The notes under the pieces: model-generated
Told to the model about the DNA's origin: nothing
What the model saw: the letters and a program-made list of their open reading frames with translations, nothing else
The model's database searches: none
Made by a program: the position numbers and the translations under genes
Part shown: one piece after another, positions 1-8,600 of the stretch
How positions within the stretch are numbered: the first letter of the stretch is position 1
How the letters are laid out: each line of letters begins with the position of its first letter
Source of the DNA: Actinomycetota bacterium
GTDB lineage: Bacteria > Actinomycetota > Actinomycetes > S36-B12 > GCA-2699445
Length of the DNA: 64,000 nucleotides
Direction of reading: 5' to 3'
NCBI GenBank assembly: GCA_029978705.1
Contig: JAPOIY010000010.1
Location: 13,335 to 77,334, forward strand

Positions 1-574
1 CCTTGAGTACGGCGTCGTGCACGGCCGGGTTGTCGAAGTTGAGATCCGGCTGGTGGGAGTAGAAGCGGTGCCAGAAGTAGGCGCCGGCGACCGGGTCCCA
101 CGTCCAGTTCGACGACTCGAAATCGGTGAAGATGATCCGCGCGTCCGCGTAGCGCCGGTTGGTGTCGCTCCACACGTAGAAGTCGCGCCACTTGCTGCCC
201 GGTTTCGCATGGCGGGAGCGCTGGAACCACTCATGCTGGTCACTGGTGTGGTTGATCACGACCTCGGTGATGACGCGCAGGCCGCGGTCGTGGGCTGCGG
301 CCACGAAGCGGCGGAAGTCGCGCATGCCGCCGTACTCGGTGTTGATGCCGGTGTAGTCGGCGATGTCGTAGCCACCATCGCGCAGGGGCGACGGGTAGAA
401 CGGGAGCAGCCAGACCGCCGTCGCGCCCAGGTCCTGGATGTGGTCCAGGTGCGCGGTGAGGCCGCGGAAGTCCCCGATGCCGTCACCGTCGAAGTCGGCG
501 AAGGAGCGGACGTGCACCTGGTAGATGACCGCGGTGCGGTACCACTCCGGGTCGGTGATGAGGCGCTCAGACAT
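1..574 (-). CDS. treS: Trehalose synthase / maltose alpha-D-glucosyltransferase (GH13), N-terminal ~191 aa only; the gene runs off the left edge
   Basis: Not in the ORF track because there is no stop in the window. My own translation from ATG 574-572 gives MSERLITDPEWYRTAVIYQVHVRSFADFDGDGIGDFRGLTAHLDHIQDLGATAVWLLPFYPSPLRDGGYDI... and stays open to position 2. This is a typical TreS/GH13 N-terminus. The start overlaps the stop of the upstream CDF gene by 8 nt. Confidence 0.85.
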   Translation of the reverse strand, partial: MSERLITDPEWYRTAVIYQVHVRSFADFDGDGIGDFRGLTAHLDHIQDLGATAVWLLPFYPSPLRDGGYDIADYTGINTEYGGMRDFRRFVAAAHDRGLRVITEVVINHTSDQHEWFQRSRHAKPGSKWRDFYVWSDTNRRYADARIIFTDFESSNWTWDPVAGAYFWHRFYSHQPDLNFDNPAVHDAVLK

Positions 575-1487
575 CCTGGTGGCCCTCGTGCAGGTCCTCC
601 CAGGCGCGCGGGTCCTCCAGCGGCTCCAGATGTGTGATGCAGGTCGTGCCCGGCATGGTGTCCTGGACCTCGGTCTCGATGGCGTGGCACAGGTCGTGAC
701 CGCGGGCCACGTCCCAGGAGCCGGGCACGAGCACGTGCATGGACACGAACCGCTGACGGCCCGCCTGGCGGGTCTGCAGTCCGTGGATCACGACCTCGTC
801 GCCCTGGTAGCGGCGCAGGATGTCGCGGATGGCGTCGACCTCCTCGGCCGGCAGGGCGGCGTCCAACAGCGCCGAGGTGGAGCCGCGCAGCAGGCGTACC
901 CCGACCACGATGATGTTCACTGCCACGAGCAGGGCGATGATCGGGTCCAGTCGGTCCCATCCTGTGAGCCCGACCAACAGAACCCCGACGATCACGCCGC
1001 CGGTGGTCCACAGGTCGGTCATGAGGTGATGGGCGTCGGCGATGAGGGCCGCGGAGCCGTGTTGCCGTCCGACCCGGAACAGCAGGATCGCGACAGCGGC
1101 GTTGATCGCCGACGCGAGGACCGAGATGCCCAGACCGAGCCCGATCTCCTCGAGCGGCTCCGGTGTGAAGAACCGCTCCACCGCGCTGTAGATGATCATC
1201 GTGGCGGCGACGACGATCATCGCGCCCTCCACGAGGGCCGAGAAGTACTCCGCCTTGCCGTGGCCGAACTGGTGCTCGGCGTCGGGGGGTTTGCTGGCCG
1301 CCCGCAGAGCCACGATCGCCACACCCGCGGCGGCGATGTTCACCAGGGACTCGAGGGCGTCGGACAACAGCCCCACCGACCCGGTGACGTACCAGGCGCC
1401 CAGTTTGAGGAGGAGGACGACGACACCGGCGACCAGCGACAGCACCGCATAGCGGGAGAGGTCCTCGACCTTGTGGCTACCGCTCAT
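567..1487 (-). CDS. Cation diffusion facilitator (CDF) family metal efflux transporter
   Basis: This is the C-terminal 306 aa of tracked ORF 567..1838, starting at the internal ATG at 1487 (residue 118: MSGSHKVEDLSRYAVLS...). It has a multi-TM core with HQFGHGKAEYF and ADAHHLMTD motifs plus a cytoplasmic C-terminal domain. The upstream 117 aa of the tracked ORF is Arg/Gly/Pro-rich and overlaps the neighbouring conserved gene. ATGA overlap with the histidine phosphatase gene. Confidence 0.85.
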   Translation of the reverse strand: MSGSHKVEDLSRYAVLSLVAGVVVLLLKLGAWYVTGSVGLLSDALESLVNIAAAGVAIVALRAASKPPDAEHQFGHGKAEYFSALVEGAMIVVAATMIIYSAVERFFTPEPLEEIGLGLGISVLASAINAAVAILLFRVGRQHGSAALIADAHHLMTDLWTTGGVIVGVLLVGLTGWDRLDPIIALLVAVNIIVVGVRLLRGSTSALLDAALPAEEVDAIRDILRRYQGDEVVIHGLQTRQAGRQRFVSMHVLVPGSWDVARGHDLCHAIETEVQDTMPGTTCITHLEPLEDPRAWEDLHEGHQDV

Positions 1488-2152
1488 GTGAGCAGATCCG
1501 GGGGCAGGTGGGTGACCCGGTTGTGGTAGTGCAGCCACCAGTCGGGCAGGTGCGGCAGCGGACGATACTGCAGGTGGGACAGTCCCGTGTGCTGGGTGTG
1601 CACGGCTACCACGCTCCACGGGCCCTTCTCGAAAACGTACTCGAAGACGGCCTCGATCACGCCCGCGTGGCACACCACCAGGATGCGCTCCCCTTCGAGT
1701 TGGGCGGCCACGTCGGGATCGCCGAACCGGTCCTTGGCGGGCACCAGTTCCTCGACGAACGACCCCACCCGGGACCGGAACTGCATCCAGGATTCGCCGC
1801 CCTCGGTGACCGGCTCGTAGGGACGCAGCGTCCCCCACATGTCGGGCACGTACGGCATCAGTTCGTGCTCGGGCACCGGCCGTCCGTCGGGGTGGGCCGT
1901 GCCGATCTCGCGGAGCCGGTTGTCGGGCACGGGCGTGAGGTCACACGCCGCGCCCACGATGGCGGCCGTCTCGGCGGCGCGAGCCACCGTGCTGCAGTAG
2001 ATGCGGGTGGGCCGGAGGTGTTCGGCGACGAACGGGGCGGCGTGTTCGGCCTGGACGCGGCCAGTGTCGGTGAGCGGCTCGTCCCGATGTGTGGCGGTGA
2101 GGTCGGCCAGATTCACGTGGCTCTGGCCGTGCCGCATCAGGTAGACGTGCAC
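1484..2152 (-). CDS. Histidine phosphatase (phosphoglycerate-mutase-like) family protein
   Basis: ORF 1484..2197. The catalytic RHG motif sits near the N-terminus (VHVYLMRHGQSHVN), followed by ...ILVVCHAGVIEA. I prefer the GTG at 2152, which puts RHG at residues 7-9. The longer start at 2197 is not excluded. Confidence 0.75.
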   Translation of the reverse strand: MHVYLMRHGQSHVNLADLTATHRDEPLTDTGRVQAEHAAPFVAEHLRPTRIYCSTVARAAETAAIVGAACDLTPVPDNRLREIGTAHPDGRPVPEHELMPYVPDMWGTLRPYEPVTEGGESWMQFRSRVGSFVEELVPAKDRFGDPDVAAQLEGERILVVCHAGVIEAVFEYVFEKGPWSVVAVHTQHTGLSHLQYRPLPHLPDWWLHYHNRVTHLPPDLLT

Positions 2153-2211
2153 CCGGCTCACCCTAGTCACGCGGAGGTGGGTGCGCCCAGCGGACACGGG
2201 GGTGAGTCAGG

Positions 2212-2994
2212 ATGGGGCCGATGACCGATCCCGACCCCGACCTGCTGCGCAGCTGCCTGGCGACCGCGGGGACGCCCGACGCCACCGTGCGGGTGGGGGC
2301 CCAGCACGTGGTGCTGTTGCACGGGGACGTGGTCCGGCGGTTCCCCCGCCGCGATCCGGGATCCGTGGTGCCCTCCGCGGACCGCTGTGCGGCCGCGGCC
2401 GGCCTGGGGGCGCCCGCGGTCCTCGACGTGGTCCCGGGTCCTCTCGGGGTGGCCCACGTGGTGCTGCGACGTCTTGCGGGCACTCCCCTGCTCATGGCGC
2501 GCACCGGGCCGGTGGCCCCGGCCGTGGCCGAGGCGCTGTCCCTTCTGCGCTCGACCGACCGCTGGCCGTTCCCCCAGGTTGGGTGGGTGGAGCTCTGGGA
2601 CCGGCTGCTGCGCTCCGCGGTCCAGTATCGGGACCGCCTGTCCCGGCCGGACACGATGGTAGCCGCGGCACAGGCAGCGGCAGCGACCGCGAGGTCCGCG
2701 CCGGTCACGGTGATGCATGCGGACCTCGCCAGCGACAACCTGCTGGTGGCCCCCGGAGGTGGCTTCTCCGGGCTCGTGGACTGGGACGGCGCGATCCTCG
2801 GTGACCCGGCTACGGACACCGCGGCCGTGCTGCATGTGCTGCCGGCGGAGGAACGTGAACGGGTGCACGACCACCTGCCCGAGGTCGCCCGGGACCTGGA
2901 GCGGTTTGCGGTCTACCGCGCCACCTGGCCGCTGCAGGCCGAGCTCGGGCAGGCCGGACTCATGCCACTCCCCGCTGCCGGAACTGCACACTGA
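2212..2994 (+). CDS. Aminoglycoside/choline-kinase-like phosphotransferase (APH family)
   Basis: ORF 260 aa. Brenner-type catalytic loop HADLASDNLLV and DWDGAILGDPATD (DxD) motif. The 3' end overlaps convergent alkB by 35 nt. Confidence 0.7.
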   Translation: MGPMTDPDPDLLRSCLATAGTPDATVRVGAQHVVLLHGDVVRRFPRRDPGSVVPSADRCAAAAGLGAPAVLDVVPGPLGVAHVVLRRLAGTPLLMARTGPVAPAVAEALSLLRSTDRWPFPQVGWVELWDRLLRSAVQYRDRLSRPDTMVAAAQAAAATARSAPVTVMHADLASDNLLVAPGGGFSGLVDWDGAILGDPATDTAAVLHVLPAEERERVHDHLPEVARDLERFAVYRATWPLQAELGQAGLMPLPAAGTAH

Positions 2995-3595
2995 TCCGCG
3001 GGCCGACATGGTGCCGGGTCTTGGGAACCGCGTGCTCCCAGGTGCGTTGGCACGACCCGCCCATCACGACGAGGTCCCCGTGCCCCACGGTCAGGCGCAG
3101 GGCGGTGCCCCCGCCGGTGGGCCGGAGCAGGAACGTGCGGGCCGACCCGAGGGACAGCACCGCCACCATGGTGTCCGCGTGCCGTCCCCGGCCGACCCGG
3201 TCGCCGTGCCATGCGACCGAGTCGCGCCCGTCGCGGTACAGGCACATGCCCGCGGAGACGAACGGGTCGTCGAGACAGCGGTAGTGAGTCACGAGTTCGT
3301 CGCGGCAGTCCGAGACGAGAGCGTCGCCCACCTTCGCCACGGTGGCGTACCAGGCGGTCAGCCGGGGGACGGCGACGACGGCGTCGTACATCTGCCGCTC
3401 GTCGGCCCGCCAGGCGACCGAGCGCTGCAACCGGGTGAACAGGGCGTCGGCGTCCCGCAGCCACGCCGGCACGTAGTCGATCCAGGCTCCACCGGCCAGG
3501 TCGCGCCGGGTCCCGTGCGGCCAGTCGCCGAACGCCCCTTCCGTCGCGGCTTCGGGCCACAGCAGGGGCTGCCAGGAAGTGTCAGTCGTCGTCAC
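2960..3595 (-). CDS. alkB: AlkB-like Fe(II)/2-oxoglutarate-dependent dioxygenase (alkylated-DNA repair family)
   Basis: This is the C-terminal 211 aa of ORF 2960..3904. It carries the HxD...H facial triad and the RxS motif (VAWHGDRVG ... WEHAVPK ... PRISVQFR). The start is placed at the in-frame GTG at 3595 (VTTTDTSWQPLLW), because everything upstream overlaps recX. The 14-nt overlap with the recX stop makes it the last gene of the recA-recX unit. Confidence 0.7.
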   Translation of the reverse strand: MTTTDTSWQPLLWPEAATEGAFGDWPHGTRRDLAGGAWIDYVPAWLRDADALFTRLQRSVAWRADERQMYDAVVAVPRLTAWYATVAKVGDALVSDCRDELVTHYRCLDDPFVSAGMCLYRDGRDSVAWHGDRVGRGRHADTMVAVLSLGSARTFLLRPTGGGTALRLTVGHGDLVVMGGSCQRTWEHAVPKTRHHVGPRISVQFRQRGVA

Positions 3596-4091
3596 CGGAA
3601 TCCCCCGCGGCCAGTTCCTGCAATACCTTCGCCACGACGGATCCGGAGTAGCCCCGCCGGGCCAGCAGTCCCGCCATCCGGCGGCGGCGCACGACGTCGT
3701 CGAGCCCCTCGGTGCGCGGCCACTTGGTGTGGGCAAGAGCCCGCGCGTTGTGCAACTCGTCGTCGGGGTCCATCCGCTCCACGGCCTCGGCGATGACGTC
3801 GCGGGGCACGCCCCGCTCATTGAGTTTGGCGGTGATGGCCCGCCGGCTCCAGCCGCTGCGGTGCCGCCGGCTCTCCGTGAACGTGGCGGCGTACTGGACG
3901 TCATCCACCAACCCGACCTCGCTGAACCGGTCCAGCACCCGCTCGGCGACCTCGTCGGGCACCTGTCGCTGCTGCAAGGTGCGGCGCAGCTCCGCCCGGG
4001 TCCGGGGGGCCATGGTCAAGCGGCGCAGCACAATGGCCCGAGCCACCTGCCCCGCGTCCGCGGACACGTCGTCGGCGGCACCCTCCGACAT
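3582..4091 (-). CDS. recX: RecA regulator RecX
   Basis: 169 aa. RecX-type three-repeat helical protein (AIVLRRLTMAPRTRAELRRTL..., ERVLDRFSEVGLVDD...) sitting 5 nt downstream of recA, its canonical position. Confidence 0.9.
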   Translation of the reverse strand: MSEGAADDVSADAGQVARAIVLRRLTMAPRTRAELRRTLQQRQVPDEVAERVLDRFSEVGLVDDVQYAATFTESRRHRSGWSRRAITAKLNERGVPRDVIAEAVERMDPDDELHNARALAHTKWPRTEGLDDVVRRRRMAGLLARRGYSGSVVAKVLQELAAGDSGDDD

Positions 4092-4096
4092 GACGG

Positions 4097-5203
4097 TTAC
4101 AGGTCGATCGGCGACGGCGGCAGCAGGTCCGCCACCGAGTCCTCGTCGGTGATGTCGACGGGCTCATCCACGCGGGGGATGATGCCGAGGGTCTCCTTGA
4201 TGCGCTTCTCGATCTCGTCGGCGAGGTCGGGGTTGTCCCGCAGGAACGCGCGGGCGTTCTCCTTGCCCTGCCCCAACTGGTCGCCCTCGTAGGTGTACCA
4301 GGCGCCGGACTTGCGCACGATGTTGTTGTCGACGCCCAGGTCCAGCAGGCTGCCCTCGCGGCTGATGCCTTCGCCGTAGAGGATGTCGAACTCGGCCAAC
4401 TTGAACGGTGGTGCCACCTTGTTCTTCACGACCTTGACCCGCGTGCGGTTGCCGACGGCCTCCGTACCGCCCTTGAGGGTCTCGATACGGCGCACATCCA
4501 GCCGCACCGACGAGTAGAACTTCAGCGCGCGGCCGCCCGTGGTCGTCTCCGGCGATCCGAACATGACGCCGATCTTCTCGCGCAGCTGGTTGATGAAGAT
4601 CGCGGTGGTCTGGGACGTGGAGAGCGCCCCCGCCATCTTGCGCAGCGCCTGGCTCATGAGGCGGGCCTGCAGGCCGACGTGGGAGTCGCCCATCTCGCCT
4701 TCGATCTCGGCCCGCGGCACAAGCGCGGCAACGGAGTCGATCACGATCAGGTCCATGGCGCCGGACCGGATGAGCGTGTCGGCGATCTCGAGCGCCTGCT
4801 CGCCCGTGTCCGGCTGCGACACGTACAGACTGTCGAGATCAACGCCCAAGCGTCCGGCGTACACGGGATCGAGGGCGTGCTCGGCGTCGATGAAGGCTGC
4901 GATGCCGCCCTGCTTCTGCACACTGGCGATGGCGTGCAGCGCCACGGTCGTCTTCCCGGACGACTCAGGTCCGTACACCTCCACGATGCGGCCCCGCGGG
5001 AAACCCCCGATCCCGAGGGCCACATCGAGGGCGATCGCCCCGGTGGGGATCACCTCGATGGGGGTCCGGCTCTCCTCCCCCAGCCGCATGATGGCGCCGC
5101 GACCGAACTGCCGCTCGATGTGGGCGAGCGCGCTGTCGAGGGCCTTTTCGCGGTCGTTGCCTCCGGAGCGGGAGGAGGACTTGTCAGCGGAGGAGGCGGC
5201 CAT
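4097..5203 (-). CDS. recA: Recombinase RecA
   Basis: 368 aa. Unmistakable RecA sequence: [26 protein letters not shown], Walker [10 protein letters not shown], and L2 loop region [25 protein letters not shown]. Confidence 0.99.
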   Translation of the reverse strand: MAASSADKSSSRSGGNDREKALDSALAHIERQFGRGAIMRLGEESRTPIEVIPTGAIALDVALGIGGFPRGRIVEVYGPESSGKTTVALHAIASVQKQGGIAAFIDAEHALDPVYAGRLGVDLDSLYVSQPDTGEQALEIADTLIRSGAMDLIVIDSVAALVPRAEIEGEMGDSHVGLQARLMSQALRKMAGALSTSQTTAIFINQLREKIGVMFGSPETTTGGRALKFYSSVRLDVRRIETLKGGTEAVGNRTRVKVVKNKVAPPFKLAEFDILYGEGISREGSLLDLGVDNNIVRKSGAWYTYEGDQLGQGKENARAFLRDNPDLADEIEKRIKETLGIIPRVDEPVDITDEDSVADLLPPSPIDL

Positions 5204-5264
5204 GGGATTCCTTCGGATCGGGCGTCAACGCGGACGGCGGTCGGGGGTCGGGTTGTTGGCAGCG

Positions 5265-5286
5265 ACGTTAGCCACAGGCTCCGACA
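5265..5286 (-). promoter_or_regulatory. RecA-NDp-type (LexA-independent; PafBC-dependent in mycobacteria) promoter candidate, recA-proximal
   Basis: The minus strand reads TGTCGGAG-CCTGTGGC-TAACGT, against the mycobacterial motif tTGTCRgtg-N8-TAnnnT. The -10 lies about 62 nt upstream of the recA ATG. Confidence 0.55.
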
Positions 5287-5355
5287 GTGCGACCGCACCC
5301 GACCCGCAGGTGTGGATGACACGCCGATGTCCGCAGCACATGACGACACCATAAG

Positions 5356-5371
5356 GCGAACATATGTTCGA
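5356..5371 (-). promoter_or_regulatory. LexA operator (actinobacterial/Gram-positive SOS box), recA-distal
   Basis: GCGAACATATGTTCGA matches TCGAAC-N4-GTTCGA at 11 of 12 positions, and its core CGAAC-ATAT-GTTCG is a perfect palindrome. It lies in the 200-nt gap between the DUF3046 gene and recA. Confidence 0.8.
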
Positions 5372-5403
5372 TCAGGGATCATCTGCCCGGCGTGTCGCCA
5401 TCC

Positions 5404-5598
5404 TCACCGCAACTGGGCGGGGACCTCGACGCTGCGGCACACGGCCCGCCACACCTCCTTGGCCGGCACCCCGTCGGCCAGCGCCTCGGTCACGGTGCGG
5501 CCGCCCAGCTCGTCGACCACCACATCGGCCGCCCATGACTCGGCGTAGCCCTCGCCGAACAGCAGGGCCATGCGCCGCCAGAACTCCGTGAGCCGCAT
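5404..5598 (-). CDS. DUF3046-family small protein (conserved upstream partner of actinobacterial recA)
   Basis: 64 aa: MRLTEFWRRMALLFGEGYAESWAADVVVDELGGRTVTEAL... Both the sequence type and the position immediately upstream of recA match the DUF3046 family as I remember it. Confidence 0.8.
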   Translation of the reverse strand: MRLTEFWRRMALLFGEGYAESWAADVVVDELGGRTVTEALADGVPAKEVWRAVCRSVEVPAQLR

Positions 5599-5651
5599 GG
5601 GGCCCAGTGTGCCACCGCCCGCTGTGGTGGCCGACGGCCGCGGCAGGCACC

Positions 5652-8600
5652 ATGGGCGTCATGGCCCCACCTCCCGCCGACGCGACCCCGGACGCCGCGT
5701 TCGGCCCGGCCGTCACGCGGTGGTTCGCCGACTCCTTCGCCGCGCCCACCGCCGCGCAGGCGCAGGCGTGGGAGGCGATCGCGTCCGGGTCGGACACCTT
5801 GATCGTGGCGCCCACCGGTTCGGGCAAGACGCTGGCGGCGTTTCTGTGGGCGATCGACCGGCTGACCCGGGCGCCGCGCGACCCCGGCACGCGGGTGCTG
5901 TACGTGTCGCCCTTGAAGGCGCTGGCCGTCGACATCGAACGTAACCTGCGCAGCCCGCTGGCCGGGCTGGCCCGGATCGACCCGGATCTCCCGCCCGTCA
6001 CCGTGGGCGTGCGCACCGGCGACACCCCCGCCGCAGAGCGGCGCCGCCTCGTCGCCGACCCGCCCGACATCCTCATCACCACCCCGGAGTCCCTCTTCCT
6101 CCTGCTCACGTCGGCGGCCCGCGAGACGCTGCGGACCGTCGACACCGTGATCGTGGACGAGATCCACGCCCTCGCCGGCGACAAACGCGGCAGCCACCTG
6201 GCACTGAGCCTGGAGCGGCTCGACCATCTCGTCGGTGCCCGCGTTCAGCGCATCGGCTGCTCCGCCACGGTCCACCCCGTCGACGTCATCGCGGACTTCC
6301 TGAGCGGCGGGGACCCCGTGCGGACCGTGATGCCCGCGAGCAGCAAGGTCCTCGATGTGCGCGTCACCGTGCCGGTCCCCGACCTGGCCAATCCCCCGAC
6401 GGCGGACACCGACGATGACACGGCGACCCCGTCAGTGTGGCCCCACGTCGAGCGGGCGATCCTCGCCGAGATCGGACCGACGTCGGCGACCCTCGTCTTC
6501 ACCAACTCCCGCCGGCTGTCCGAACGTCTGACCACACGGCTGAACGAGCTGTGGCTGGAGGAGCCCGCCGCCGACCTGGTGCTGGCCCGCGCCCACCACG
6601 GCAGCGTCAGCAAGGAACGGCGCCGGGAGATCGAGGACGAGTTGAAGTCGGGACAGCTACGAGCGGTCGTCGCGACCAGCAGTCTCGAACTCGGTATCGA
6701 CATGGGCGCGGTGGACCTGGTGGTCCAGGTGCAGAGCCCCCCGGGGGTCAACTCGGGACTGCAGCGCATCGGCCGCGCCGGGCACCAGGTGGGGGCCGTC
6801 TCGCGGGCCACGGTCCATCCGACCCACCGCGGTGACCTGCTGGCCGCCACCGTCACCGTGGCGGGCATGCTCAGCGGCGACCTGGAGCCGGTGACGCCGC
6901 CCCGGCATCCCCTCGACGTGCTGGCGCAACAACTGGTCGCCATGATCGCGATGGCGGACTGGGACGTCGATGAGTTGTTCGCTGTCGTGCGGCGGGCGGC
7001 CCCGTACCGCCAGGTGCCCCGCAGCGCCTTCGAGGCCGTGCTCGACATGCTGTCGGGGCGGTACCCGTCGGAGGAGTTCGCCGGGTTGCGGCCGCGCATC
7101 GTGTGGGACCGTACCGCGGGCACGGTGTCGGGACGTCCCGGCGCGCAACGGCTGGCCGTCACGAACGCCGGCACCATCCCGGACCGCGGCGCCTTCGGGG
7201 TCTTCCTCGCGGCGGGCGACGGCAACAAGCGGGTCGGCGAACTCGACGAGGAGATGGTGTACGAGTCGCGGGTCGGGGATGTCTTCGCGCTGGGCAGTTC
7301 CAGCTGGCGTATCGAGGACATCACGGCTGACCGGGTGCTGGTCTCCCCCGCCCCAGGACAGCCGGCGAAACTGCCGTTCTGGCACGGCGACGCCATCGGG
7401 CGCCCCTACCCCCTCGGTCGGCGCCTGGGCAGGTTCCTCGACGAGTACGCCGCCGGCAGCGCCACCATCCCCGACTTCCTGGACGATGCCGCGCGGGCCA
7501 ACCTCGTCGCCTACCTCGACGAGCAGTTGGCCGTCACCGGCACACTCCCCGGCGCCGGGGCGATCACGATCGAGCAGTTCGAGGACGAACTGGGAGACCG
7601 GCGGGTGGTGCTGCACTCCCCCTTCGGGGCCCGGGTACATGGCCCGTGGGCGCTGATCATCGCCGATCGGATCGAGCAGCGGTACGGGCTCGACGGTCAG
7701 GTCATGGCCGCCGACGACGGCATCGTGCTGCGGCTGCCCGACGACGGGAGCCTGGACTCCCTCCCGGACCTCGCGAACCTGATCTCCGTCGACCCCGACG
7801 AGGTGACGCCGCAACTGACCCGGCTCGTGGGCGGTTCCGCCCTGTTCGCGGCGCGCTTCCGGGAATGTGCCGCCCGGTCCCTGCTGTTCCCCCGCCGCGA
7901 TCCCAAACGCCGGTCCCCCCTGTGGCAGCAGCGGCACCGGTCGGCGCAACTGCTGTCGGTGGCCTCCGGCTACCCGGAGTTCCCCGTCGTCCTGGAGACC
8001 GTGCGCGAGTGCCTGCAGGACGTCTACGACGTGCCCGGACTCACCGAGCTGAGCCGCGACATCGCCTCCGGCGCCGTGCGGGTGACCGAGGTCCGCACGA
8101 CCACCCCGTCGCCCTTCGCCCGCTCGCTGCTGTTCGGCTACGTGGCGGCCTTCCTGTACGAAGGCGACTCACCACTGGCCGAGCGGAAGTCAGCCGCTCT
8201 CGCGCTGGACGACGCCCTGCTGACCGAGCTGCTCGGCACGGCCGACCTGCGCGAACTGCTGCACCCCGAGGCGGTCACCACGGTCGCCGACCGGCTGCAG
8301 CACCTGGGGCCGCGCGCGGCATCGGACCCCGAGCGGGCGTGGGACGTCCTGCAGACGATCGGCCCCCTGCGCCTGGCGGAGTGCGCCGAGCGGGGCCTCA
8401 CGGACGACCGACTCACGGAGTTGCAGTCCGCCCGCCGGGTCTTCCCCTTCACCTATGGCGGCGACACCTGGGTGGCGGTGACCGAGGACGCGGCTCTCGT
8501 GCGGGACGCCTTGGGGGTGGCGTTGCCGCCCGGGCTGCCGGAGTCACTGCTGGGGCCACGGCCGACGGCCCTGACCGACCTGCTGAGCCGTTACTCCCGC

